Assembly (NCBI GenBank): GCA_004764695.1
Contig: SMSO01000035.1
Span: forward strand, 2,232,001-2,296,000
DNA: 64,000 nt
Direction of reading: 5' to 3'
DNA from: Schizochytrium sp. TIO01
Taxonomy: Eukaryota; Protista; Bigyra: Labyrinthulomycetes
Part shown: one piece after another, positions 46,299-57,979 of the stretch
How positions within the stretch are numbered: position 1 is the first letter of the stretch
How the letters are laid out: each line of letters opens with the position of its first letter
The notes under the pieces: generated by a model
The model's database searches: none
Seen by the model: the letters and a program-made list of their open reading frames with translations, nothing else
Told to the model about the DNA's origin: nothing
Made by a program: the position numbers and the translations under genes

Positions 46299-47167
46299 AT
46301 TACAAATAATCATGTCCTTATGTAATTAACAAGGCCATGCAATGCGCAGGCTTGTTTTAAAGTCTAGTGTGGCAAATGTAAGATACAGATATGCCATCTA
46401 CCCTTGGATATACAGAAATGCCACCCCAAATACTTCGATGGAGAGCTCTTTTCAAGTTAGAGCATACATTACAACATCCACACTTATTATTAAAATTATG
46501 AAAGAATAGCTATCTTTACACTTTTGTTTATGTCAAGAATACTCGGTAAGGTTGATTTGCGATAAATAGCCCGTTTCTTGTTGTTAATTTTGGCTCGGAA
46601 AATAATATTTTAACCAGGCATTCAGGAAAAAAACAAAAAAAACTGATTTTTTTTTTTGCAACGAACGAACATTTCTAGCATAAAAGTAGAATTTGGAGAT
46701 TTACTCAAGGAAAAAGGGTCATTTTTATTGTTTTTGTGTTGATTCATGATGTAATGATGTTGTTCTTGTTTTGATGGAATGTGTATTAGTCGTACTAGTA
46801 CTAGAAAAAATGTGAGGGTATTGTGAAGTGGCAAGCTTGATGAATGTAGGGATAGAACATTGAGTAACTATCTTTCTGTGTTGGTAAGAAAAACAAAGAG
46901 GCTGACACATGCATCTGGTCTTTTACCGAGACGGGAGGAGAACTGTGATAAATTTTCTTCAAATAAGATGGAAAAAAGAAAACTGACATGCAACACATAT
47001 GCAGCAGGGCAGACGTCGGTCAAGAAGTCAGACAAATCTTGGTTTCGTGTCATGCACAAATATCGTCCGTCTTCTCATAAGCGATAAAGACTAGATCAAC
47101 TTATGCACAGCGAGGTAAAGTGCACGAATGAGAAGTTGTCAAGCGGGGCATGGAGGGAGGAAGGAAA

Positions 47168-48073
47168 TTACAGCTCCATGCTGAGCTCCTCAAAGTAAGG
47201 GTGGCGCAAGGCAGTGCGCGCGGAGATACGCTTTGCGGGATCATAGAGAAGGCATTGACGCAAGAGGTCAATGCCATCAGCATCAAGGCCTGGCACGGCA
47301 CGTTCAAGAGGCTGTGGCCTCCAGTGTGGAAACTCCGAGTTAAAATCAGGGAGCGAGTGGACACCCGGCCAGGTCTCCTCAGTTGGGGTTCCGAGCTGTC
47401 TGAAGATACGAAAAACCTCATCAATTTCACACTCACCAGGCCACAAGGGGCGACGGTTGACCATTTCTGCGAAGATGGTGCCGACAGACCACATGTCTAC
47501 AGGCAAAGCATAACGACGCTGACCGAGAAGAATTTCCGGAGCACGGTACCAAAGAGTAACAACCTCATGAGTGTAGGTACGGAAAGGGAGCGAAAATGCA
47601 CGCGCAAGGCCGAAATCGGCGACCTTGAGCACACCGTGCTGGTCGATAAGAAGGTTCTGTGGTTTAAGGTCACGATGGAAGATTCCTGAGGCATGGCAGT
47701 ACTCAAGGCCAAGCAGCATTTGAGACATGTACGACTTGACGAGCTCAGGGCTCATGTTTCCGTCCATGTTATCCATATACTTGCGAAGGTCCTGGTCAAG
47801 CCACTCGAAGACGAGGTGCAGACGCGGAGGACTCTGCTGGTGCTCGACATCGCGAAGACGAACAATGTTCGGGTGATCGAGTTCCTTGAGAAGACTGATT
47901 TCACGAAGCGCAGTACTCGGTACTCCCTCATCTTCAACCTCAAGGCGAATCTTTTTGAGAGCGACAACCTCGCCAGTTGCGCGATGTTTGGCCTTGTAAA
48001 CGACGCCATAGGTGCCCTCACCAACGGGTTTCTCCACCTTGACATACTTTTGCATTAACGTCGAAGACGACAT
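47168..48073 (-). CDS. CDC2: Cyclin-dependent kinase, CDK1/CDC2 family with PSTALRE helix (CDKA2-like)
   Basis: [48 protein letters not shown] and [14 protein letters not shown]. Confidence 0.93.
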   Translation of the reverse strand: MSSSTLMQKYVKVEKPVGEGTYGVVYKAKHRATGEVVALKKIRLEVEDEGVPSTALREISLLKELDHPNIVRLRDVEHQQSPPRLHLVFEWLDQDLRKYMDNMDGNMSPELVKSYMSQMLLGLEYCHASGIFHRDLKPQNLLIDQHGVLKVADFGLARAFSLPFRTYTHEVVTLWYRAPEILLGQRRYALPVDMWSVGTIFAEMVNRRPLWPGECEIDEVFRIFRQLGTPTEETWPGVHSLPDFNSEFPHWRPQPLERAVPGLDADGIDLLRQCLLYDPAKRISARTALRHPYFEELSMEL

Positions 48074-48889
48074 TATGATTGACTTAAGCTTGGTATCGTA
48101 ATATCCACGCTTGCTACAGCCTCAGCTCTTGTGTGAAAGTGATGCTCGCAGTAGTTTTGACCTGCTCCTTGTCAGGCAAATTTAGCTTCTCAGCAGCGGT
48201 TTGACGCACGGCGAGCGAGTGGGCTCTGCCGGAAAGTCTGAATGAATGTCAAAATGACAAGTCTGCACCCAGATCTTACCGCGCTAGGCGCGAGCTGCTG
48301 CTCTCAGTTACGCAAGCAAGTCCGCGCTGGGCTTGCCACTAACAACGGGAAGTGAGGTTTGCCACCCTGCCCTTCTGACAGCTTTGCTTCGAGTTTTGCG
48401 CAGCTTCTCGCCTCGAGAAAGTTGTGCCCGTTAGTCATTTTCATTCGCTTTAAAAACTCGAGCTCTCCTTTTACCTCGACTGGAACAGTAAATGAAACGA
48501 AAAGAGATTAAGTAGGCATATAACAGCAACACTAGCAATGCCTCAGCACATCACCTCTAAAAAATTTCGAAGCGAATAAAAGGTTTTATGAAGAGATAAA
48601 GAGGGGGTCCTACCATGAATCGTTAAGTGTTGCTACTGCGATTTGTTGTAAAAAATAATCGAAACATAAAACTATTAGTAGGCGGCGGTTTTTCATTTTG
48701 TCTGGATTTAGTTCTGCATGCCACCGCAGCGAGTGAAAGGCAAGGCCGCTAGCTAGAAAGCTGACCATGGCACTCTCGATTTCGCAATTGAAAGGACAAC
48801 TTATGACTATCAGGCAGAAAAGTTGTGGCTGAAGGTTGTGATATAGAGCTTATGGAGCGGGCGGGCTCGTGCGAAGCAAGCGCTTGCTA

Positions 48890-49780
48890 GGTTTTATACA
48901 TGTTTAATATACTCCCTAGGAGGTTTGAACGGGAGTTAGGTAATGAATCGATCAGAGGAAATGTTGAGAGTAAAAATTGCGAGAGCGGTTTTGCAAAAAT
49001 GGGGGGTATTGTAGAAGAGACAGAGCGTTGCTTATGGATTGCGTGGAGGACGCCATTGAGTTCTCGATGGGGCACAGAATCGCACAGGAGTAGAAGAAGC
49101 TTTTTGGGGAGAGTTAAGATTCATCCGACAGAGTACTCTGTAGCATCACTGACAAACTAAAGAGTTGGCGTTGGATTGCGGGTTGGAGCACCTAATGTGG
49201 AGCATCACAACGAATGGAGTTTCGTTTGCTATGGCGGTTTGCAGATTTTGGAAAATGCTGACTAATAATATCTATGGCACTGGGTAGTCGAAGAGAACGT
49301 TTGAGGTTAAAAACTTCTGGAGAGACTTGAGAGCAAAGGAAATCTATAATTTCGTTCAGGGCGTCACAGGGATACCATGATGTACCCATAAAATAGGTTC
49401 TTATACGGGGCCATTTTGTATAGCGCAGGAAGCTGGTTTGTCTGGAATAACAATCATTGGCAATTGTGGATAGCTGCAATAACTCAATCTTCTTTAGTTA
49501 TATACTTTTCACAAATAACAAACCTCCGAAGGTATCATCTCTCCACTTTACACTTCATTAAATTCTATAGACCAATTAAATTATCTACTTATGTGTCACC
49601 CTCCACAGGTCAATTGATCACTCTTACTCATTTGATTTTCACCCAAAGATCACCAAACCAAGAAAAGAAACTCTATGCGCGAACATGGGGAATAAACTAA
49701 GCTTTGTGTCAGGGGTATTGCACATTACACATTTCCAATCTGACAAAATTTTGACTCTTGTACTTAATGTTCCAGTTGTT
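48890..49780 (-). mobile_element. Decayed retroelement pol fragment (reverse transcriptase plus RNase H)
   Basis: Colinear minus-strand motifs with stops and frameshifts: PLTQSLVYSP/MFAHRVS (about 49715-49667), T*VDNLIG (49594-49571), TFGGLLF (49533-49513), FMGTSWYP (about 49392), FVSDATEYSVG*IL (about 49156) and HRELNGVLHAI (49069-49037). Confidence 0.55.
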
Positions 49781-50646
49781 CTGATATCATTCGGGTTGTT
49801 GTGATTATTGGTTGCTACAAATTATAATATCAAGTAAACGTTTTTAACCTTACACAGTGATTCTTAAGGTTTATATAAATGTTGCTTGTCAGTTTGTGAG
49901 TTTGGAAATGTGTAATTTGGGATAGCTAATGTATATCTAGTTTGAATACGCAAGCTTTGTTATTCTTTCAATTTACAAAGGCCACAGAAGGTTTCAAAGA
50001 GGTGGTTCTAAGTGTTCGAGCTCCCTGGTTTAAACGACACTCAATTCTTCAAGAGTTCCTCGAAAATGGATATGATTTACACTTATGTATACGCTTGTCT
50101 TTAGAGATCTTCCGTTGCTATAGACCACTCTCGTTAGCAGCCCTCTTTTATAAAATAAAGCAGCACCCTTATAAACGAGAGTACCTACGACTTACTCTCA
50201 TACCTCAATCACGCCTTCAAATACTACCCGTCGATGTCTTTCTTGTACAGATTTGGTCTGTCCGTCAATGACAAATATATAGCACAAATACGACTCCACA
50301 GATGCACATATATATATACTACTTACATGTACCCAAAGGAGTGAATATCGAGTGTACACCTGTTCTTTTAATCCATCGAAGGTTAGTTAATATTAGTTTC
50401 ATGTTACAAGATTTTCTTCAGGCGGACTTGGGCCAAGCTTGCCTTAAAAAAGAGGAAGCTATACCAAGCTTAGGCAGGACCAAATATCTTCTTTGCCTCT
50501 GGGTGCCAGGCAGAACCAGATCAAGAACTGTAGCTTTTGCCACTCGAGCAGAACGCCAGCGTAGCCGCTGCTCCTTTTCTCGTAGCCAAGGTTTCTGCAG
50601 TGGCGTTTCAAGAATTGTCGTTCCCTCCGCTCCGGGCCTCGAGACG

Positions 50647-51363
50647 ATGCGTGTGGAGTACTTTTTTGACGTGATTTCGCCGTACTCATGCTTCTCATGG
50701 CATGTTTTAAGGAGATACCAGAGTATTTGGGGAATAGAACTCGTCGCGCGTCCGGTGTTTTTGGGAGGTATTATGCAAGGCACGGGTAACAAGCCTCCGG
50801 CGATGTTACCTGCTAGAGCCGTAATGCAGGCTGCAGATTGTGCTCGAAATGCAGCGCTTTTTGATGTGCCGCTCCTGCCGACACCTGCGAACTTCTTCAC
50901 AGAAGTGGCTCGGACGGTCCTTCAATGCCAGCGTGTTCTTGTAGCAGCCCAACAGCTAGAAAAAGAAGGCAAGGTTAATATTGATATGTTTGCTTTGATT
51001 GACTCTCTCTCCGAGGGAGTGCATTTGGATAAATCCAAACGAACGGCAGAGAACAACCTCTTGATTGATGATAGTTTCCTTGCATCTTGTTGTGCAAATG
51101 CTGGAATAGCTGAAGACGTCACTCAAGAGCTACTTGCGAACCGATCGAGCAAAGACGTCAAAGCAGCTTTACAAAAGAACACTGAGGATGCTATCGCAGC
51201 CGGGGCATATGGAGCACCATTTATGTTGATTGAGGGTGGTCAAGCACCCTTCGACAATCAATTCGCAATTTTTGGCTCTGATCGATTTGAGCAAATTGCA
51301 TATATGTGTGGAAAGCCGTGGTATGGCCCTCAGCCTAGCCGTCAAATGGGTGCCAAGCTCTAG
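50647..51363 (+). CDS. GSTK1: Glutathione S-transferase kappa (DsbA/HCCA isomerase family) with PTS1
   Basis: MRVEYFFDVISPYS, PVFLGGIMQGTGNKPPA, GAYGAPF, FGSDRFEQIA and C-terminal AKL*. The likely start is ATG 50647. Confidence 0.92.
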   Translation: MRVEYFFDVISPYSCFSWHVLRRYQSIWGIELVARPVFLGGIMQGTGNKPPAMLPARAVMQAADCARNAALFDVPLLPTPANFFTEVARTVLQCQRVLVAAQQLEKEGKVNIDMFALIDSLSEGVHLDKSKRTAENNLLIDDSFLASCCANAGIAEDVTQELLANRSSKDVKAALQKNTEDAIAAGAYGAPFMLIEGGQAPFDNQFAIFGSDRFEQIAYMCGKPWYGPQPSRQMGAKL

Positions 51364-51896
51364 ATTGAAGACATCTTACATACATGTACCTCTAACTCTC
51401 TAACTCTCTAATTCATTAATTCAAGCAACGTCTTCTAACAACGCTACCACGTTTTACTTCAAGAGAGCAGCAACTCTATGCAAAGGCATCTGTGGAAAAT
51501 TTTCATTGGTTAACTACGCCAAGCCTTGGTGAGCGTTGGTGTCTAACATTTATAGGAGAAGTTCAAAACACTCAGAAAAGTTGGGACTAATATTACATTT
51601 TGTCATTATCTATCGTTTCCTTATTTAATTTTCGGCACACAATTCCTTAGCAGATTTTTTTATGGTTGAACAGTCTTTGTTTCTTGCTTTTGATTGATGC
51701 TCAACACTAATAAACTAACACATTCTTCTAAATTTCCTGTCTGGAAAAGTAGAACAGACGTTGGCAAATTTAGCAAACAAAAACGAAAACGAGCTGAAAG
51801 GATATAGCTGGCAGCTTCATTTTGAACAAGACCCTACCCTAGGATTGGTTTCTTCAATCTGTGTCTACAAGTAAAACCTAAAGCATGACACAATCC

Positions 51897-53309
51897 TCAT
51901 TGAAAGTCACGAAAACAAATCAGAATAGCACTCAGGTTGTCCGCGGATCCGGCATCATATGCATGCCGCAGAAGCCTTTGTGCCACTTGATCAGGATGTG
52001 CCCCAGTCTTCAACTCCTCAAGGCAGATTCGGACTGCTGTATCATTCTGAATGCAGTCCCAGACACCATCGGAGGCAATAAGCACAAAGTCATCATCAGG
52101 ACAAAGCTCCGAAACATAGACCTCTGGAATAGAAGACAAAGGGTTTTGTTCCTGAAGCTGCCAGTCAACATCCTGTTCTGCTGAAAAGTGGTCCAGAGTA
52201 AGGTCGTGTTGTTTGTGCTTGAAGCTACCCAACGCACGAGAGACACTGAGATCGTGATTAAGTCTACCAGAGGAACTTAGCATACCACCCGAGCGAGTAA
52301 TACGCTCTTTTTCAGTTGGTGTGGTGGGCTTGTGATCTCTTGTGAGTGGGACCGCACGACCTGCCTTGGACATGACAGCGCGAGAATCGCCAACCCAGGC
52401 AACTACAAGCTGCGGAATTTCACTAGGAACAATGACAGCAACTGTTGCAGTTGACCCTGAGTCTTCAAACAAGTCAGCTTGATGTGAGCCACCGAATTGC
52501 ATAGTTGAATACTGGCTAGATTTGCACCTTCGAAGGCCGAGTCGTTGTTGTGGCTGAATACTTGCCTCTGCTATGGCTGACGCCTGACGCTGGCGCATGA
52601 GGGTAAGAAGTTCGAGATCTACCCTCCGCATTGCATTGTTCATCAATGAAGTTAGATCCCGAGGCGATTCAGGACTTTTGAACAATTCATCGAGCACTTC
52701 TCGACAAAAGTTTGCCTGGAGCCAGCGACTCACCCTTGCACCACCGTGACCATCGAAGAGACCTGCAACAAGGGCTTGGTTTGTTTTGACTGAGACGTAG
52801 TCTTCCATTGAGGAGCGCCGGCCCTGTTCTGTAGCAGTTCCGACTGGAAGGCTAGCAATGCGGGCGCTCATGCTGCTGCTGCAGCTGCTTTGACTGTTGC
52901 TCCGTTCGCGATGCATGGCAGGCAAAAGTTTAGATGCTGACTCGTGTGTTCTGAGTGTTTTTGCTAGAAACTGAGGTTTGGCTTCAAGAGACTTTCTCTT
53001 TTTAATCAGCTGTTTGCTTCCGGAATCATTGCTGCTGCCATTCACGTTCTGGCGACGATGTTCAGGGGTACGTAAACGCGGTGATCCATCTTCACTTGGG
53101 ACTAATTCGTCACCCAAAAGTCCTAACGAGGCCTCGAGAGCTTCTTCGTCTTCCATGAGGTCATCAAGCGAACCGATTGAAGATGCATCAGAAAAGTCTT
53201 CTGCGTCACTATCCTCATCGACGCTGCTGTGTTGGCTTGCCTGTGAGCCTAGTTGTTTGCGAGTGCCCATTTTCATGAGGCTCATACGGTCGCCTTTTGT
53301 CTCAATCAT
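51897..53309 (-). CDS. Protein phosphatase 2C (PPM family)
   Basis: QGRRSSMED, GLFDGHGG, DSGSTA, WVGDSRAV, DHKP, LSVSRALG, IASDGVWD and GSADNLS. Confidence 0.95.
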   Translation of the reverse strand: MIETKGDRMSLMKMGTRKQLGSQASQHSSVDEDSDAEDFSDASSIGSLDDLMEDEEALEASLGLLGDELVPSEDGSPRLRTPEHRRQNVNGSSNDSGSKQLIKKRKSLEAKPQFLAKTLRTHESASKLLPAMHRERSNSQSSCSSSMSARIASLPVGTATEQGRRSSMEDYVSVKTNQALVAGLFDGHGGARVSRWLQANFCREVLDELFKSPESPRDLTSLMNNAMRRVDLELLTLMRQRQASAIAEASIQPQQRLGLRRCKSSQYSTMQFGGSHQADLFEDSGSTATVAVIVPSEIPQLVVAWVGDSRAVMSKAGRAVPLTRDHKPTTPTEKERITRSGGMLSSSGRLNHDLSVSRALGSFKHKQHDLTLDHFSAEQDVDWQLQEQNPLSSIPEVYVSELCPDDDFVLIASDGVWDCIQNDTAVRICLEELKTGAHPDQVAQRLLRHAYDAGSADNLSAILICFRDFQ

Positions 53310-54242
53310 AGTATGAAATAAGTTGAATTACTGTGCGCTCCCCACAAAGCAAAGCGCAGTAGTTCCTTGATTTTCTTGATTTGATCTCTAATTCCTACGC
53401 TGCTGCAGTTTAAGTAAAACTATACAGTGCCTTCCTCTTGATGTCCTTGAAGCCGGAATCAACTTTGCACCAGCAAGCAATCGTTGTTCAAGTATCGTTT
53501 TGTGCTCGTTCTGGTTCTGGTTCCTGTTCCTGCACTGTTGAGTCTTGATTTGCTCAGTGTGTACAGAGAGATGTACGTGTTTTATTATGTACTATATTAT
53601 ATATATTGATTGATATAATAAGCGTTCTGCGAAGGCGGACGTGCTCGGCGCTGGCCAACCCTTTCGTGCCGAGCACAGGCAGACTAGGCGAACGCGTCGC
53701 TTGATGCAGCTCTGCCCTGCCGTGTTCTCTGAGGAGGGTTTCCACAGCTATGTGCCGTTTTGTTTCGGTCTTGAGTTTGGGTTTTGCTCTAAAGCGAGCG
53801 AGTTCCTGCCTTTTTGATTCAAGTCTTTCTAAATGAGCACCCTCAATCTTCCCCTGAGCTTTCGGGCTTTGCTTTCGTGGCTTCGATGAGTGCTTTGCCT
53901 TTGGCTCTGCCTTTGGCTTCGGTCTAGCGGGCCTGGGTTTGGCGCTGCGTTGATGAGTGGGCCTGGTTTGCTTGCTTTGGGAGTGGTTTTGGTTTTGCAG
54001 ACCTTGCAGCTTGTAGTTCTTTGCTAAGTGTTCGACTCCTCCTGTGCTTGAACAAGCAGGTCGTCTTCGGGGTCCTTCCAAATTGTACGGGTACAAGTAG
54101 AGACCTCCAAGAAGGGGCTGGACTAGCTGGAGCTAGAACTGCTGCGCTTCCAGTGCTCCTTGACGGCGCCGCCGTTCTCTTCTCTCTTGAGACCTAAGCT
54201 AGGTCGCGATTGAGTTCTGCTGCTTCCGCTGCTCGCGATGGT

Positions 54243-54261
54243 GTGTATGTATGTATGTATG

Positions 54262-54304
<43 letters not shown>

Positions 54305-54331
54305 CGATCGATCGATCGATCGATCGATCGA
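54243..54331. repeat. Compound microsatellite (GTAT)n(GATT)n(GATC)n
   Basis: Three consecutive tetranucleotide arrays; the GATC array is self-complementary. Confidence 0.9.
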
Positions 54332-55258
54332 GGGCTGCTTGGGCTAGCTAGTCAGGAGCGCCGCAAGATGCTCTCGCTCGATTTGGAGTCAAGTGCTGCT
54401 GCCTGCGCCTTGCTGCTCTCTCTCCCCGCGTTCGTGGAGCAGTTAAGGAAGGCTTGCTGGTCACGCTACTGGTCTTTGCGGCTCGAGCGACAGCTCGAAG
54501 GGCGACGAGGAGCGAAGAATGTGGGTGATGGCTCTTGAAGAAGCGAGCACTTAACTGGGCTTGAACTTGAACTCGATGAAGTGTTTTCTTCTACAATTCA
54601 CGGCTTGAAGAACTGAGAGAGAGAGAGAAGAGAGAGAGAAAAGAAACGTAGAATTATGTGCATCGATGTATCATTGATTGCGTTACATTCATTCCTCTAT
54701 TTCGTTCTATTCTATTCTATTTTATTCTTAGTTTCATTTTATTTTATTTTATTTATATTCTTTAATTTTAATGAAAAGTTATTTTCATTAAAAATACAAA
54801 CAAATAAACACAAATGACATTACAATTGACAAAAGTAGACCCACAATAAACGAATGACAAGAAGAGGGGCTTTGCTCCTTCCAAACTTTTCATCCTCGTA
54901 ACCTTAAATAGAAAAGTAATCATTATTGATTTCCCCACGCAAAAAGAGAGAGGAAACTCGAAGAAAAGAAAGAGAAAAGAGAACTTGAGGGTCAATCAAT
55001 CTCTCTCCGAGTCGCTTGCAAATTCAACCTTGCGCTCCGGACAAGACTCGCGAGGCTGCAAGAGCTGCAAATTCGAGGGCCGTCTGGACGCGTATGCAAA
55101 GAAAAGCAAAGAAGCAGCAGAGCAAAACCAGCCCACCTTTCAGGGCCTGGAGAGGAGCTGCAAAGGCCTCAGGAGAGAACACCGGAGGCCCGGGAGACGC
55201 GGCACGCGCGGGGAATGGCCCGTAAAAAGAAATGCAAAAGAAAGAACGCGCTCAAAGA

Positions 55259-55265
55259 CAAGAAA

Positions 55266-55296
<31 letters not shown>

Positions 55297-55347
55297 GAAA
55301 AGAAAGGAAAAGAAGAGAAAAGAAAGGAAAAGAAGAGAAGAGAAGAG
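55259..55347 (+). repeat. Purine-rich (AAAG)n/(AAAAG)n tract
   Basis: About 90 nt of A/G only. Confidence 0.85.
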
Positions 55348-55971
55348 GCACGTTTTGGGAAAAGCGCGAAGTGACAGGGACTTCAATCAAAGCCCGTTTC
55401 GCGTGCGGACAAGGACAGCCTAGGACCGGCCTTGGCTCTGAGGGAGACACAGGCAGCACCACGAGCACCTGGGCCTGCACAACACAGGCGGCGGCGCAGC
55501 AAGAAGGCGTGCTGCCGTAGATACGCGCGAAGATCGTAGCTTGCATCGACTGCAATTTGTTGATGACTCATTCGTTCGTTCAATTCGTTCGTTGTGAGAA
55601 AAGAAGCGAAGCTTTAAGAGCGGCACTTTTCTCAAGTTATGACTCCGATTATTAACTTAAGTTGACAATCTTTTTTATAGTTATAAACAAATAACTTGGA
55701 ATAAAGTAAGTAAATTAAGTGAATAAGATGGTATGAATTAAAACAGTGTTTTGCGTTTACCATAAATGCTTCTTTCGCTCATGAGCCGTGAATAAACAAA
55801 GCTTCTTCTCAGCAACAGTGCGGCGCTTAACACTGTGACCAGGGCTGATGCGGACGGTACGTAGTAAGGAGGTATAGAGGAACGGTGGCCAGGCACCGGA
55901 ATGGGCTCTAAGGTGGGTGGAGATATAATGAGGAAGCAAAGAATCACTGAGGAAGCGAAGAAAGTCGATCT

Positions 55972-56018
55972 AAGTTGAAGTTGAAGTTGAAGTTGAAGTT
56001 GAAGTTGAAGTTGAAGTT
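55972..56018 (+). repeat. (AAGTTG)n hexanucleotide repeat
   Basis: Seven full units and one partial. Confidence 0.9.
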
Positions 56019-57979
56019 CGTATGGAAAATAAGAAAAAGCGACCCTGGTGGATTGTGTGTTCTTCGTCGAGGACGAAGATCTTCGAAGATTGTGCTGAGG
56101 CAAGCTGCTTGACTATATACCGAGGAGGGAAAGTCAACAGGTTTGCATTATTTTGAGATTGAAGATCGACCAAGTCAAGGTTCCTGATGTGAAGAGATAG
56201 CAGAACCAGTACAATTCTGTTTCTTTCTCTCAGTCTGCTTTTCTAAAGAATATAGAAATGAAAAATGGTGGTTCATAAGTGTCTTCAAGCAACCGACTAG
56301 ATGTGATGGCTGAGTGCTTAACGTTCAGAATTCCCTTCGATCAATTCGTTCGGCAACTAAATCGGTCTTGTGGTGCTATGGAGATCTAAAACCTAAACTC
56401 AGCTCTGAAGCCGAATTCAAAATTAAGCTTGGATTGCTCCTTTGCAATGATTCGAAGTTTTTGTTTCTTGTTTTGTTTTTTCAGTTGGAAAAACTGAAAA
56501 GAAAAAAGGCGAGATGGTTACATACATATTATCTAAAACTGTAAGAGTTGAGTGCACGTGAGGAAGAAATATATTTTTTACTTTTACTTTACTTTACTTT
56601 ATTTATTTATTTTATTTTATTTTAATAGGATTGGAAAGGATGCAGGTCCATGATCGAGGGCCGGCTGGGAATAATTGCGAGCTTTGCGGTTGCGCTCGCT
56701 TAAACAATTTGGTGGTTCGCGGGAGGGGGTAGACATTTTGGTGTCGTCGTCTCATGTTGACATCGCGCGCGCAGCTCTGTAAATAAATGGGGCTATGCGA
56801 GTTTGGTAGTCCAGGCCCGGAAAGGGGTGGTGGTGAAATTGATGCGAAGAGTGCGGGGTCAAAAGTGACCTTGAAAATGGAATAACGTTGAAAATGCTTC
56901 TTTTTACTCGAGTATTACGGGGGGAGCTAAGGCAACTTTGGCAACTTCAATCCTGGGAAATGTAACAGAGGGCATTGATTGGATGGGTTTGGAACGGTGG
57001 CGTCATTATAAATATGTGTTGGTGAAAAAATATATGCTCAAGGTTTGAGAGGTTGACGCGCGAAAGGACAACTCAGAAATGATACACTACAAGGAATTCG
57101 GAGATACAGACATCCAGCAGGTAGGCACAGTAAAGCTGGGCACGTTAGGAGATTTATAAACCTCAATCAATTTGCAATGTTGGAAATCAGCATACGTACG
57201 TACATACATACATACATGCTTGGCCACATACAAAAAGATACATACAACAACGCTTTAAGCTCGAAAATACCATGGGAGCGGAACAAAGGATGGAAGTTCC
57301 ATGAAAGATTATTGATTAAAAAAAGTGCGGTGCGAGCCCAGAGGCATAATCGACGATGATGAAAGCGATGGCGAAGATGTACTTGTCTTAGCTAGCTTTC
57401 CCTCAACTTACTGTACGTGAACTTGAAGGTTGGAACGTAGGTGCCCTGAGTGGGTGGGTAGCAGACGTTGTTGAAAAAGTTACCGAAGGAGAAAGCTTCT
57501 ATCTGTGCGAGCTCTGGCTTTCGCCTTTGTACATCGTCGCTATGGATTTCAGCAAATCTTGTTCTAGCTAGAGACATATAGTTTTAGAAGCTGAAGAAGT
57601 CGAAGACCCGGCAGAGAATCAAGAACCGCAAAGCTTGCCCTGCAAGACATGAGCAGCAAATGAGTGGGCAGGTGGCTTGGGATAAGGCAAACAGCATCTC
57701 GCGAGCGGATTGCCAATGTGCAAGCTTGGCGACGCGTGAATGTAATCCTGACAACGAGAATGCAATGCGATTCATCTTCGTATGATGGAACAGAACAACT
57801 TGAACTGCGAACTCAGAGTGTGCGGCTCCCGCGGCTTATTAGAAGCAGGCAGTTAAAACTGGTGTCCCATACGTACCCAGGTACTAGAACCTACTACTGC
57901 TGTTTATTCGCCAGAGGTACCTGGAGGCACAGAATGTGGCATGCAGCAGTTGCGATCTGGAGGAATCCAGAGTAACCGC

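Noticed and set aside
50302-50646. 115-aa N-terminal extension of GST-kappa in the ORF track
   Set aside because: Non-protein-like composition; the family domain starts at ATG 50647.
55972-56018. (AAGTTG)n as an interstitial telomere, or the repeat arrays as CRISPR
   Set aside because: Not a G-rich telomeric unit, and there are no unique spacers or cas genes; these are simple microsatellites.
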